A DNA stretch of 64,000 bases from the human T2T-CHM13v2.0 reference genome, Homo sapiens. Both the position numbers and the translations under genes were made by a program. Shown piece after piece: positions 40,436-57,959 of this stretch. The stretch is from the NCBI RefSeq assembly GCF_009914755.1, contig NC_060930.1. One strand, 5' to 3'. The notes under the pieces were generated by a model that saw nothing but the letters and a program-made list of their open reading frames with translations, was not told the origin of the DNA and made no database searches. Numbering within the stretch: the first letter of the stretch is position 1; each line of letters opens with the position of its first letter.

Positions 40436-40840
40436 TTGTACCCTACACTTAGCTTAGTACCTATGGATCACAGCTGTTTTATAGCTCTTTTGCCAGTCTA
40501 TAGATGTAATTTTCAACAGCTTAGCTAAAGGATTCACGCTTCTGCTACCTTCTAATGCTAGCTTTAATATATATTGGCTATTATGATTATCTTAAGTACA
40601 ATAAATCAAAAGCTAAGACCAAAATAAGAGCTGTGCATATATTTAAAGCCCTGATTATGTTCAGCATTATTGCTTTGAGTTTTGTTATTCAGTAACTATT
40701 AAATATAAAGCTATATATATTAACAGTAAAAGACAAGACGTTTGAACAAGATGGAATGTTTAAATTTGAAAGGTATTGCCAAGCTCAGTAGGTTATTTCT
40801 TCAATCTGACATAGATATATTTTTAATACAATTATTTTAA

Positions 40841-41165
<325 letters not shown>

Positions 41166-41699
41166 AATTCCTATATTTATTATACATAATTATACAGTGG
41201 TAACTGTCTTTTTCTACAAAGATTGGTAGTCCCTCAGGCTTTGGGACCCTCAGCTATTTCTTGTTGTTTGTTTTACAAATGCTGTATTTAAAATTACCGT
41301 GGCCTAACTCTAGTTATGCATTTCGTTATCAGCTGATAAGAGAGAATACATTTGTACCCAGATCCCTTAACACTGAGTTTTTTTTTGTTGCTAATGATCA
41401 TCTCATTTAACCTCTTTTAGAAATGAGGAAACTTAATTCCAAGGAGTGAAATGACCTATCTAAAGTTAAAAGCCAGCTAGCTAATTTGTTTCCTTATTCC
41501 CAGTGCTGTATTCACTTAATTCGACATCCTGCCAGATCTCGTATACTTAGTACATGAAATGATAGGTGAGGTTTTATTAGTATTTTCAGATAAGAGTATA
41601 TTTGTTCATGTCTTTGTAAAAAGGGTTGCTGCCTTAGCCAAACTGAATTCCAGCAACAAGCTACTTGCTTTTTGTTTAATTCAAGTTGTAGGGCTAAAA

Positions 41700-43030
<1,331 letters not shown>

Positions 43031-45082
43031 TTCCTTTTTAGCATATCTGACTGTTCACTGTTTTGCAGTTTATTATTTAATTATAATCAAAATCATATGT
43101 GGTTGAGAATTTATTTTGGAGTTCTTTTATTCCTTTATAAAAAGTAATATTGGAGGTTCTTTAAACTGAATGTATTTCTAAAGACTTTAAAAAGTGGCCA
43201 CTGGATATTTCTTCAATGACTTCTCTATTTTAGTAATTTTAGATGAGGGAAGATTTCCAAATACATATAACCAAAGTGATGTTTTAGAAAGGGAAAAGGG
43301 AGACATGTTTTAGGGATTTTTTTTTTTTTTTGTCTTAGATGTTTTATCAATGGATAGATTTCTTCTAGTTACGTGTCTAACACATGTGGGAAGACAATGG
43401 TGGCATTTATTTCCCTGAGTTTTTGGCCCCTGGAGAGGGTTATTTTCAGATCCCCTGATGTTCATTATTAGACCTCAATTGTGTCTTCTCTCTTTAAGCC
43501 TAAAGCGATCTTATTAATTATTAATAGTGAACTAAATTTGTCTTGAGTTTATGCTAGAAACATGAACTGTTTTCATATTCAAGGTCTTTACTCTTTTGAA
43601 AATTCTTTACTGTTTTGAAAATAACACAGTATCAAGATGAATTTGAGTCTAAAGTCATCTGTAAAAGTTTGAAATAATATTCATTTGAATTAAACAGTTT
43701 AGAATAGTTTAACTATGTTATATTGAAAATGTAGCTTTATATTGGACCGGGAATAAAAAGGAATTCAATTTACAATTGTACCTTAGTGTAGTTTAATTTT
43801 AAGTCTTTTGTATTTTTGGTGTGGTGAATGTAGGCTATTAGTTCTATTAATGAATTAATTTACTCTCAGCCAAACCCTGTTATATGATTCAAGTTACACA
43901 TTATAACCAAGTTCAGGTATTATTTTAACCCAGGATTGATTGAAAAGTATAAGACATAAAAGCAAAATACTGCGTAAAAGCTTAGTTGTATATGGAAAAT
44001 TGTGAGAGCTAATGATTGAAAAGGATTTTCTCACTGTTTGACAATTTAAATTGCAGTAAAGAAACTGCTACTCAGAAACTTCTGCTGTTCTTTTTCCTTC
44101 TAGTCTACACTCTCCCCACTCCAGTATATCAGACTTTTTGCCAGCATCAAGATACTCTGTGCATTTTATGTCTTTTCACTTTTGTTTATTCTGTCCCCAT
44201 TGTTTGAGATGCCCTTTCTTCTTTCCTCAACTGGTAAAAATCTAGTCATTTTTCTAGGCCTGGCTTAATTGTCACCACTTCTGTGACACTTTCTCAGATA
44301 CTTCTCAGCAGAATTAATCAGTCCATCCTCTGTGCTCTCATAATAGCTTGTTTTTACTGCTTATAGAGACTTAACACATAAAATTACTGTAGACTGTTGG
44401 TATTTGTGAGTTTATTATTTACAATTTTGACTACTTACAAATGACCCAGATTATGTGTTGCAATCATGTGTACAGGGCATCAATCCAGTGTGTACACATA
44501 CAATCCAGGTGTTTGATGTCATAGGAGCCAGTGTGCTACTGAGTGAGTGTAGCTGTTTGCCCAGGCTCCATATATCCATTTAGCTTTATCTAATTTCATT
44601 GTACACAGATAACTCTTGAAGTGATTAGAAACAGTGTTTCTTTATAAATGATGACCTTTATAGAAATCCAGCTGCTAGTGTTAGTGATAACATGATGACA
44701 TACTTATATTAAAATAGCACATTGTACCCCCCAAATATGTACAATTATAATTCATTAATTAAAAATTTTTAAAAAGGTGAGAAAGAAGCTAATAATGTGC
44801 CCCAAAGTAGGACTTGGAAATAAATTTTGATTGTAGTAAGGTGAACTTTGCAGTGCCTATAATGAGTGAAGAGAACATGTTTTTCATCTCTTACTTAGGA
44901 AAGAGGAAAAAGTGATTTTTAAGCTGTTTTTAGTAAATGTTCAATCAATGCAAAATCTGTTTCTCAAATGGGAGCTGAAATTCTAGTGACATTTGGGAAG
45001 TAGTTGAAGCAGGAAGATTCACAGGAAAATGAGTGACAGTCAAAATTGATTCGTGGAAAATCTAGGGGCCTATGTACACAAT

Positions 45083-45305
45083 TATTTTTTTTTAATTGAC
45101 ATAGAATTTGTATACCATGAAATTCACCCCCTTAACGTATACAACTTCATGGTTTTTAGTTTATCCACAAAGTTGTGTGACCATCACCACTAGGTAATTC
45201 CAGAACATTTTCCTCACCCCCGAGAAGTACCCCACAGACATTAGTAGTTACCACCCCCCTATCTCTGTCAACCACTTGTCAATCTCTGTGGATTTGCCTA
45301 TTAAG
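45083..45305 (-). mobile_element. L1MB-like 3' end
   Basis: aaagttgtgtgaccatcaccact...ttccagaacattttcctcacccc. Confidence 0.7.
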
Positions 45306-45486
45306 GATGATTTAGTTTTTAAATAGATAACTTGGATTGTAGGGGGATATTAATAAAAACAGGGAATTAAGATGGGATTTAGTACTGTCATAATGGTCCA
45401 GGCAAAATATAGATTTATGCCTTCTACTTAACCACTTGCGAACATTCCATTGGAATGAAATATATTGGTAAATATACAGTGAATAA

Positions 45487-45821
<335 letters not shown>

Positions 45822-46346
45822 TAATCTTTTTAGTATGGTGCTTTGGGAGTGTATTGTTAAATTAATTGGCTCATTAATATAATAGATTAATTGTTAAAAA
45901 TGAATTAAGATCGAGTCAAAAAAGATAATATGAAACATGCAAATATGTTTTTCTGCTGTTAAAACCAAATGCAGCAACTTAGTTTAGCAGTTTAGCGTCA
46001 TTCATGTCATAGATGTTAATTAAAATTGTGTTGGTACCTTGGATTTGATTGATAAATTTGCTTTTTGGGTTTTATAGTTATATTAGGGATCTAAACATGA
46101 AGAGTTTATATCTAATTTATGCTTGTGCATATTTAAGTGACACCTTAATAAAAAAATACTTTAAGTCAGTCCACCAGGAAGTAAAAAATTTTTTTCCTTT
46201 AAAAATTAGTATATTACTTAGTTTGACACAAACTGTTTCCAGCATCTATAGATCCTACGGTTTGCAAGCTTAAGGTTAAGGCTATATCTTCTCTCTGTTA
46301 GCACTTTTTATTTTAGTCTCAACCATGGTGTAGAATATATTCTTTC

Positions 46347-46402
46347 TACTGTACTCCAGCCTCGGCAACAGAGCAAGATCCGTTCTCTGAAAAAGTAAAA
46401 AA
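46347..46402 (+). mobile_element. Extremely 5'-truncated Alu
   Basis: actgtactccagcctcggcaacagagcaagatcc plus A tail; TSD agaat(a/t)tattctttc. Confidence 0.85.
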
Positions 46403-47776
46403 AGAATTTATTCTTTCATGTCATAAATGCATTGCATGAAGATTCAAAATTTGATGTCATTGTTATAAGAAGTACAACATTTCTGGCTATGTAGTGAACA
46501 TTAAAGAATTACTAGATGAGGTGAAATCTGAAGTGCTCATTACTTGTTAGAAAGCTCTAGGAAGAAGTCAGAGAATGACTTCAAGATAATTCTTTCCACT
46601 GATAATAAAGTGAAGTGCATTATGAATGATGCTTGGGAAGTGGGTGATGATGGGTTTGAGCATATGGTTGAGGTAATAGGGAGAGCTCGTTGAAGGTCAG
46701 TGGGACCTAGAAAAGTTCATGAAAGAGTGGTGGTGAAAACAGTGTTGATGCATTAAAACAGGTAGCTGAGATTGTGGTCCTTTACATGAAAAACTAATCA
46801 GCACCTTTGCTATTTTGGAGCAGACCTTTAAGATTACCTGTATAATAAATGTGTGCAGACACCATCCAAAAAGGTGTAAAAAATTGCAAAGGAAAAATAA
46901 ATACTGGCCAACACAGTGTTCTTAAAAGTACCCATGCCTAGTGAGTCCCCTCCCTTGCTGTTCTTTCACATTCTGTTCCATAGCTGTTTCTCCCACCTCT
47001 GTTACCTATTTCTTTGGCCAAGATTGATGCTAACAACCTGTCAGATGCCAGATTCTGAACTCCTGCTATTGACTCCTGCTTTCTAGACATTGTCATCATC
47101 TTCATCCATGTAGGACATGTGCTGTACAGTAGCAGTCTCCACCACTCATTGGCATATTTTCATTTTGTTTCCTGGTTCATATGACCAGAAGACTGATGTA
47201 ATCTGTAGTGTTTATTTTAGTTGTAGTTTATTTGAATAATTTTACAAATAACTTTAGTTCTGTATTTACAAACGTAATAGAGATGTTTTTAAATTAGACG
47301 TTTAAATTTTAACAAGACGTTATTAAAATTTTACGGGCACTTCATTTTAGAGGGGAAAGTATATGCTGTAGTGGATTATACACTTCGGGAATTTATAAAA
47401 ATCTACAGATGAATCAGTCCTTCATGAATGTCAAGGGATGTTGTTGAGTGTATTTTTGTCTACTCTTGTGGAATTCTGTAGGGTGGAATCATCTTGTACT
47501 TTTGTGGTTTAAATGTTTGGCATTCTTCAACAAAATGTACTTACAATATTTCTCTCTCTCTTATTCTACAGGTAAAAAATTTAACTGCATTTTTGGGATA
47601 TGATAAAATTAAGCTACTTTGCTTATAGATAGTTTATGGATCATGTGGACAGTTAGCATATGTGGGGAAAAAGAGCATGTAGTGGAAGAACATCCCACAC
47701 TACACTGGACGATCCCCATGATTCTTTGTGGCCCACACATGTGAGTGTTCCTAACAGTCAGCTGTTCTTTCTTCAG

Positions 47777-47897
47777 ATACACTGAAGAGATGGTGCCTTG
47801 GCACCCTTGCCTGGAACTCGTTAGCAACTGCGAGCAGAAGCTTTCCAGTCACACATCAAGGCGCTTGATCACAATGGAAAAGGTGAAGAAATTTGAG
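47777..47897 (+). CDS. TRMT11: TRMT11 exon 12 (last coding exon lies beyond window)
   Basis: cag|YTEEMVPWHPCLELVSNCEQKLSSHTSRRLITMEKVKKFE|gtaaat; exons 1-12 total 1260 nt with no stop. Confidence 0.95.
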
Positions 47898-48668
47898 GTA
47901 AATTGCTTCAGTATTTTTGGGATAAATTCTGAAAGAATCAAAAGTAGTTGTTTCTAAATAGTTTTCCTGTGATAGAGTTTGGAAATGTTATTCCTTGATA
48001 TTTTAAAAATTACAGATCAATTTAGGAAGAGGCAGAAGTTGAAGAGATTTGTGGCATCCAGTTGGGATTGAAGGGTAGGAGTTGGATATAGACATAGACA
48101 TTGAGTAGAGTTCAAATAGACGTTGACCCTCACTTCTCAGGCTTTATTTGATATCCTTGTTGCTAACTCAGTTATAAAACAGCATTATTAAACAACTGCT
48201 ATCTAATTAGCAATGTCCTAGTTACCATTTTTCTCCAAAAGCAGAACCTACTTGATTGCAGACTGTAATGAAGAGAATATGTTGCTTTATAAATAAAGAG
48301 AGAAAGTAAATGTCCCCAGTTTGTTAGGGCCCAACACATTCTCTCTTTGTCTCTCTCTTACATACAAAATTCTTACTCTCTTACATTCATTACATTCTTA
48401 TAAAATTCATACTCTCTTACATACAAAATTCATTTAAGCTTAAGAAAGAATGAAACGTTTGTTATTTCATGCCCAGACGAGAGTTGACATGAATAGTGCC
48501 TCATAATGGAGCTTAATTAAATCTACAAAAGCTCTTTGGGCTGTACTTCTGTCGATTGACAACCAAAGCTCTCTTAAATTCACTGGAAACTTGGATGACC
48601 CCCATTCTTGCTTTGGACCTTTAAGGTAAGCAGAAGAAAGGTGGTAGTGTCTGAAGATTTTTCCTTAG

Positions 48669-48960
48669 TTTTTTTTTTTTTTTTTTTTTTTTGAGACGGA
48701 GTTTCCCTCTTTCACCCAGGCAATCTCGGCTCACTGCAACCTCCACCTTCTGGTTTCAAGTGATTCTCCTGCCTCAGCCTCCTGAGTAGCTGGGATTACA
48801 GGTGCCTGCCACTATGCCTGGCTGATTTTTTTTTTGTATTTTTAATAGAGACGGGGTTTTACCATGTTGGCCAGGCTGGTCTTGAACTCCTGACTTCTTG
48901 ATCTGCCTGTCTTGGCCTCCCAAAGTGTTGGGATTACAGGCGTGAGCCACCGTGTCCAGA
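48669..48960 (-). mobile_element. AluS with internal deletion
   Basis: TSD ctgaagatttttc; lacks the ctggagtgca segment. Confidence 0.93.
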
Positions 48961-49982
48961 CTGAAGATTTTTCATACCCATCTCTAGCCTGCATTTGATT
49001 TGTTTTTATATAGTTCCCATCTTACGGATTATTTCATAGTAATGAAAACTAATATTTGTACAGTGCCTTTTGCATATATTATTTTACATCATTGTTTTCG
49101 TCCTTTTTATTTTCATTTGCTGTCTCTAATTTAGACCCTTATTACCATACACCTGGTTTATGTTCACAGTCTCCTAAATGATCTCCTTCATACCGCTAGT
49201 TTATATGTTGAATGAATCTTCCTAAAAACACTGCATTCATTATGTCACTACCTTATGCAAAATCTTTTTTTATTACTGAAAAATGTTCAGAATTTTCAGT
49301 GTGACATAAACTATCTTCTGTAATCAGGCTCCAATATCAGGGCATTTCAAAAAGCTAACCTATACATCTATATAAGTAGTTGATTGGTATCTACTATATG
49401 TATATATAGGTATACGTGTACATACATATAAACATATGGATGTATAGGTATATGTGGTGTAATTAAAATGAAAATGTATGGCAGTCATTTTTAAAACAAA
49501 AATACTAGAAGTTTATATTCAAATGACATCCTTGGAGTGGAATCTTTGTACTCATTCTATTTCTGTCATAATTTTTCAGCATGTTCTTGAAACTTTACCT
49601 TTAAGATTTGCCTTTAAAGAAGTATTCTTTTATTAATCAGTTATTTTGTTTTATAGTAACACCTTGCTTTTCTTAAAATGATTTTACTGGACTTTGCTGC
49701 TCTTATTTTATACCAGACTAATTATTTAAAGTCGTTTTTGGAAATCAAATTCTATTTCAAGGATGATGATTTGCCATTAAACCATTAAACATTAAAAACA
49801 TTGCAGATTCAGAAATTCTATAGTTTCCAAATTGTTTGGCATCATTACAGCCTTCTAGAATGAAAATTTTAAATGACTAACATTTATTTGGGTGTACAGT
49901 AGAAGCCCTCTTATTTAACGTCCATTTCAAACCCCGTTGATTAACCAATACTGGCCATTCCTTCTCTAAAACACACTGCCTG

Positions 49983-50405
<423 letters not shown>

Positions 50406-50824
50406 TTAACAAGAGTCTCTTGTGGTGTTCTCAGAGCTGTTTATGCCAGTTATATTTGTTACAGTAATTGTGTAATCTACTTAAATACTAGTTAGACCAG
50501 TGAAATATTTGTGTACGAATACAGTTGTAATTTCAATAAAAACTAAGTTAATGCTTTAGAAAGAACAAAGTGAGTTGCTTAAAAAAAAGACTTGAATTGG
50601 AAATGGCTTTGAAAAAAGTAATTGCAATCTAGGTTTTTGCACCCTGATTGCTTTGTAAGCTCTTGCATCATTTTATAGAAGCCAAAACTAGAATTCTTTA
50701 TAGGTCTTGATTCTGTATGAATATATACAACTGAATATTGTTTTTTAAGTTAAAATAAGTTTAATATGTTTACAAAGCATTTTAATTTCTTCTTGCTTTT
50801 ATTTACCTTATCCAGTTAACTAAT

Positions 50825-51317
50825 TGTATTGGTGTGCTTGGGCTGGCATAACCAAATACCACAGACTGGGCAACTTAACAGAAATTTATTTTCTTACAGT
50901 TCTGGAGGCTGGAAATTCAAGAGTAAGGTGTCAGCAGACTTGGCTTCTTTCAGGTGTCCACTGTCTTGCTGTCTTCACAAGGCCTTTCCTTTGTGCATCT
51001 GCACTTCTGGTGTCTCTTTCTCTTCTTTTTGTTTTGGATTTAGACAGTGTCTCACTCTATCACCCAGGCTAGAATACAGTGGCACTATTACACCTCACTG
51101 TAACCTCAAACTCCTGGGCTCAAGCCATCCTCCAGCCTTACCCGACTGTCTTCCTTTTCTTAAAAGAATGACAGTCCTATTGGATTAAGGCCCTGCCTTT
51201 AAGATTTCATTTATGCATAATTACCTCCTTAAAGGCCCTGTCTTCAAATACAGTCATATTGAGGGTTAGGGCCTTAACATATGAATTTTAGGGTAGAACA
51301 GAATTCATTCCATTACA
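50825..51317 (-). mobile_element. MLT1 (MaLR) solo LTR containing an AluJ/FLAM fragment (~51026-51140)
   Basis: TG...CA ends; 5-bp TSD ctaat/ctaac; aaataccacagactggg...acagttctggaggctgga. Confidence 0.85.
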
Positions 51318-52990
51318 CTAACCATCACCAGTGTCCATCACATTGAATAAGAGGAGTCTGTTGTACGTTAGAGGATGCTTTTTTGTCTCCTCTCCTAGTC
51401 ACTTACTTCTCATGTATATGTTTGTCTTTTGGTATTTTAAAGGAAGTAAGGCATTTTGATAATTCAGATGGTAACATTACAGCTCTTAGAAATCATAGCA
51501 TTTAATAGAATCATTTGAGTTAGTAATATAATAGTAACTAACATTTATGTGCCAGGCACATGAGTAATACATGTAAAAAACAAACATTACCTGTAGATTT
51601 TGCAGTTTTAAGTCGTGATATTAGAAAGTAAAGTAAATGGCATTAGCATTCTTTATTGTGTGGCCTACATAAATAGTATTCCAAAGAATTAGGAGGACAA
51701 AGCTGTGGAGACTCTTTAATAATTCATGGAGCCATATAATAAATCAGCCATTCTATTTTAATGGAAAAATTTAAAAATTAAGACCCATTGTGGACTAATT
51801 TTTATACTTGCTTTCCACTGAGTTTTATTTGTTTAAGAAAGTCTGGTATTTTTTCCCAGATTTATAATATTTCCCTAAGCAAATTTATTTGAGACTGAAG
51901 GAAAACTGGGCTTTTGAGAATTTTTGTCCTATATTAAAATGATAAATGAGGGTACTCACCTTTGGTATTTTTAAACCTGTAAAGGCAGTGCTCATTTTTG
52001 TCAGGTTTACTTTTTATCATTTTATTTTGTTCTTTTCCAATTGATTTAAAAAAACAACAACAAGGAAAAGCCTCAAGTAATTTTTTGAAATGGTCTTCCC
52101 TATATAAGATCAAATTTAACTAGTGAATTTTTACTAGTATGATGTTTACTGTAACCAAAAATACTTTGTCATGTTAAATTAATCATGTTTGGTTTTTAAT
52201 TAATTACTTCATTTCTACCTTTTGTTTGTGTGGAGAGGAATGTATATAATTGCAGCAAGATCTCAATCCTTTATAATGCAAGTGGTGACATAAAATTGTC
52301 AAACAGTCCTCACACACCTCTAACAAATTATTCTTGGGCTTGTTCAGCATTGTTGATTTTGGCAATGGAAGACTGTTAGTTTTAGATTTTTACACTTTTG
52401 TATACTGTGTCTCTTCATTTTTGATTTGTCACTTGTTAGGTTTAACTTCAGTATAACTTTTGGCCCACTTGGTATGCTGTTATAAAGTATTCTCCCTATC
52501 CCTCTTTTAAAAGTGTAAATGTAAGTTACAACAAAAATTGTCTAAGCAATATTGATATTTTATAAAATGTTGAAGTTTTGGATTATTGGTCATAGTTTTC
52601 ATACTTGCTTATGGCACATATGTAGTAAAGAAGAAAATTCTTGACAACTGTATTAAAATTTTGAAATTGCCTGATAAGAAGGGCCAGGTTTTTTCATTAT
52701 TCCTTGTTGATATATTCTGAAAGCCAAGTGAATGATGAGTAACACTTTTATAATGCATTATTGTTTATAAAACTTCCCTATCCATTTGACTTTATTAATT
52801 TCCCCATTTTAGAAATGAGGAAGAGTAGCCTGGGACTATCCTATTTTGCTTAAATAGTAAGTGGAAGAGTTGAGACCAAAACTCCTCTTTGTACTTGAAA
52901 TTCTGTGTCGTTTTTTTCTACATCTTGCTGCCTCTCTACCGAAGCATATTTCTACCTTTAGAATGTGCCAAGATTAAAAGGTAAATATTC

Positions 52991-53299
52991 TTTTTATGTT
53001 TTTTTTTAATTTTTTTTTTGAGATAGAGTCTTACTCTGTTGCCAGGCTGGAGTGCAGTGGCGTGATCTTGACTCACTGCAACCTCCGCCTTCTGGGTTCA
53101 AGTGATTCTCCTTGCCTCAGCCTCCCGAGTAGCTGGGACTACAGGCGTGTGCCACCATGCCCAGCTAATTTTTGTATTTTTAGTAGAGACGGGGTTTCAC
53201 CATGTTGGCCAGGATGGTCTCGATCTCCTAACCTCGTGATCCGCCCACCTCAGCCTCCCAAAGTGCTGGGATTATAGGCGCGAGCCATCGCGCCCGGCT
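52991..53299 (-). mobile_element. AluSc-like
   Basis: 18-bp TSD taaaaggtaaatattctt at 52975-52992 and 53301-53318. Confidence 0.95.
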
Positions 53300-53310
53300 C
53301 TAAAAGGTAA

Positions 53311-53720
<410 letters not shown>

Positions 53721-55854
53721 GTTTGTTTTACTAGATCTTGCTGTCCCACTTAACACAACGTGTAGTTGATGCTGCTATATGTGGTTGTAGTCACAGTGGT
53801 TACTTCTATAAAACATTTTTCTTATATGAAATGTATAGGATAAAAGGCTGATCTCCAGAGTTGTCCACAACAGACTGAGGTATAATAGTTACGTTTTCAA
53901 TGACGGTCACCTGAAGCAATTCTCTCTCAACCTTCTCCATAGAATCTACTTGAACAGATGAAAAGAGCACCCAGGGTAGCCTTTTCAAGATTTCCTTGAA
54001 ATCTTTTCAAAAAATTCATGCAACTTTTATAGTCTACTCTATAATAGATACATGATTAAAAATAAAAAATTATTTTAAATTACTATTACATTAAGTGGGC
54101 CATCATGTGCCCTATTTATTTTGTGGTTTATTTACTTGACATGCTACCTTATATTCCTAGTGGTTTGAGAAGTTTTGAAGTATGGGTACGTTTAATTCAA
54201 GGTATTATATGGCTATTAATTCAGACTAAAGTTTAATGTATAAATCAGTTGTCTTTTTTTTTATAGCTACATCATATAGTTTAGATTATTTAAAAGAGGA
54301 ATACTGGAAGGTCACAGTGGCAGTTGATGACAGTTTATGTAATTTTTTATTTTGGATTGAATGAAAGAGTCCAGTAACATGAAGCTGATGAATGCATTAA
54401 TCATAATGGAGTGTGGCCAAAACTGAGGGTTTTAACTAAAGGACTGAAAGATTTTGAAGCTATGAAGTACAAAAGAACCATTAACTTTATAACAGTATTT
54501 TTTTAAACAAAGGAGATAATAGACACTGAGGTCACTTCAGAAAATGACTTATAGATGGCTTGAAGTGGAAGAAATTAGTCTTTATGATAGTTTACATATT
54601 AGAATGATAGTAGTGTTGCTGATCATAAACTCTGGTGTTTTGCTGGCATAATGCTGATGCCTATTTCCATTAGACATTATCCTTTCTCAGGATTAATGTT
54701 GTTAGTTGTGTTTTTCTTTCACAGCTATTTGAATTAAAGTGAGTCTCTTCTGATTGACTTTTCTTTCTGAAATATATTGTGATTTTTGCCTGTCTCTTCC
54801 CAAAACTGTGGGTTCCCTTTTGATTAGAGGTATAAAAGATTAGAGATTAGATATGAAGCATTTAAAACAAAGGGTAAGATAGATATAGGTAATAACCTCA
54901 TTTATTGGTGAGAAAAACAAGGCATGGTGACACTAAAGACGTATTGGACATAAACTCATTCTAGGTCTTCATACAATCCAGTATTTATCACCATCAAAGT
55001 TCATGTGTGTATCTGAGAGAGAGAGAGTCTTTTTAAAAATTATTTTGCATAGCAAGTCAGAAACCAATTTGCATTATTTATAAATTATGACTTGACTTGA
55101 GGTACTTAAAAAAGACTCGGAGAAGCAGACAGTAGCCTGGTGATGCTGCATATCATGCTGCCTGAATTCAGTTTTCAGGTTCATTTGGTCTACTTAGTTC
55201 CAAATGAATTTTCTTTTGCTGTTTGTGGTACTTTTTCTTGAGTTTACATCGTGGAGGATCATTTTTCTTTTATACTTAGGCAAATAAAATGATTTTGTCA
55301 AACGGGATTTTTAAAGTTAATGCTATCATAATAGTTTTAAACTATTGTTTTTGATAAACCATGAAAAAGCAAAACTCTTCCCCACTAGCTCCAGGAAAGC
55401 AGGCATTTAAGATATCTGGATCCTGCATCTTATGGTTCTGTTTAGAAAGAACTATTTTATTTGCAGAAATAAGCAGTTCTCTGAAGCCTGAGAGAACACA
55501 TGTCTTTATGGTTCCAGCATGTTTTTAAGCTATGCCAGTAAAACAGTTTTTAAAGTACTAGTGTTATAAGAATCTTAGGCATAGGTCAGTTGAAAATATA
55601 AATATAACTCAGGGATTCCAAGGTATGAATAATTTAGAGAAATGGGAAGTTTCTATGTGGAATCAACATAATCCTTTAGAGCTTCTTTTATAATTCTTGC
55701 ATGAGTGACAGATTTTCCTCATTGTATACTTTTGTATTTTTCTTATTTGTCATATGTTTATTTAACTTAGAGTTATCTTTCTGGTGTTATTCAAATTCAC
55801 ATGTAAACTTATGTCCTCTTTCCACTTTATGATCTTCTAAGAATCTAACTCTGA

Positions 55855-56155
55855 GATTTTTAATGCGTATTTTTTACATAAGACATAAATGTACACTTTA
55901 GTAATTATAAAGTGAACATCCATGTACCTGCCACCAAGGTCAAGGTTATAGAGTAATGCAGCACTCCAGAAGATCCCCCCTTTTGTGGCCATTGTTGATC
56001 ATAAATACCTCCCCCTGCAATGTAACCACTATTCTGACTGTTACGGTAATCATAATCATTGTCTTGCTTTTCTTTTGTAATATTACCACTATTGAATTCA
56101 TCCCTAAGCAATATAGGTTTGCCTGGTTTTGATCTTTGTATAAATGCATACTCAT
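55855..56155 (-). mobile_element. L1ME-like 3' end
   Basis: gtaaccactattctgact...gtttgcctggttttga. Confidence 0.6.
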
Positions 56156-57959
56156 TTTTATTAATTATCATTTTAATGGATTATGGAAATTTAAAAAACT
56201 CACCTAGGAGAGGAATAGTCTCTACATTAAAGTGAGAGCATATATATGTGCATGCCTGCACATGTTTTGGTCTGCTACTCATTTATTGCTACTCAAGAAG
56301 GTGTTAAACAAGATTTTTAGTTTTAATGAAATATTAGATACAGTAACTAACAAGTCATTAAATGTTTAGTGTGTTGACTTTGTATTCTTTTATCATTTGA
56401 GATAAAGTTTTGACTTTTATAAAGTACAGATTCTAGTAGATAGCATATAGAAAGTGTTAATACTTCTATGTTGTCATGATAAGGACTAATATCCCCAATG
56501 TTTTTTTTATAAGTATTAAGAAATTACATGTTGAGTGCCAGATGTCAAAGTTTAATCATTGTCACTCATTTTGAGCACTCTAGATATGAAGATTTTAATA
56601 CGTATTAAAATACTTTCATAGATTTTAGGTAACTTACTATCATGTAGTGAAATTTTTAAAAAGTATAGATTATATGTAAATACCTAATTCAAGGATGAAG
56701 ATTTCCAATGGTACCTTGTTCTCATTAAGAATAATGCTAGAGGTTTCTCTTAATAGTATTGGATGCCAGACTTTTGACCTGCTTGTCCTTGGTTTGGAAA
56801 TGGCCTGGTGCTGTTTATAGTTGTATAACTTTAGCACAAGTGGTTTCTATAGCTACTGTCCAGTACCAGATGTAGAACAGTGGGAAGCTTTGATAAGGAG
56901 AGCAGGATTTTTAAACAAAAGCTGGACATGGGTAATTACCCTGAAGCTGAACTGAGCCCCGTTATATTCAGCACTGTCATTTACATTTCATTTCACTCTC
57001 TGCTGATTAAAAGAAAATAAACCGACCCATTGTTTTTCTCTTCCATCTCTTTGCCTTCTTCCTCACACCTTACTTAAGAATGTATATCATAGCTTTAATC
57101 GGTTCCATGAATCTAAAAAGTTTTTCCCCACAAAATTGGATGAACACTTCTAGTTTGGTGGCTTTCACTATGGTGACAGCATCACTGGTTTTCACTTATC
57201 ATAGAATAAATTTCATAAGCCATTTGTATTCAAGCGTTTGCAATGAAGCTGCTGTTTTGTATAAACTACTGTCACTTTGAGACTATAAATGACTTAAGGT
57301 TAATACTAGGGAGGTAGAAGAAATCATTATATCATTATCAGGAACTGTCAGTGAGTAAAAGGACAGCTTAAACCTGACCTACAATTAAAATAGAAGCCAT
57401 TTGGTTTTCTGCTGAATGACTATAGAGCTCTGCAACTTCATCCTCTAGAAAGTGGAAATATCTTATTTTTAAAGAATAGTGATTTTATAAATTGATGACC
57501 ATTGTTAGATATTTTCACTAAAGTTTCAGGAATTCTATTAAATTAACTCTTGGCAATGAAGGGACACCAGGAGAGAATTTTGACTTGATCATTATATTGA
57601 TAGGGAGCGGTGCAGGAGATGAGACTTTACAGTGAAGCGAGTAGGAGCCAGTTTGTAGTAGAGGATGGGCATGGTGGTTGGGGCAAGGAGGTTGAGGAAA
57701 TTCATATCTGATAACTGCTGTTTGCTCTGTAAAGAAGGATGCAAGTTTTTTTGTTTTTGTTTTTGCTGAGTAAATAAGCAGATACTAAATGTAAGAATTG
57801 AGGACAGGTGAACTTTTAGAAAAGGTACTATGAGAAATAGGAAAAAAAGCCATTTGCTTAACAATTTTTACATTCATATACTTTTCCTATTTTTGTATAC
57901 TTTATTTCTCTTACTTAATTACCTGTTCCTTGAGAGGAAGGCCATAGTTTTCATCACGC

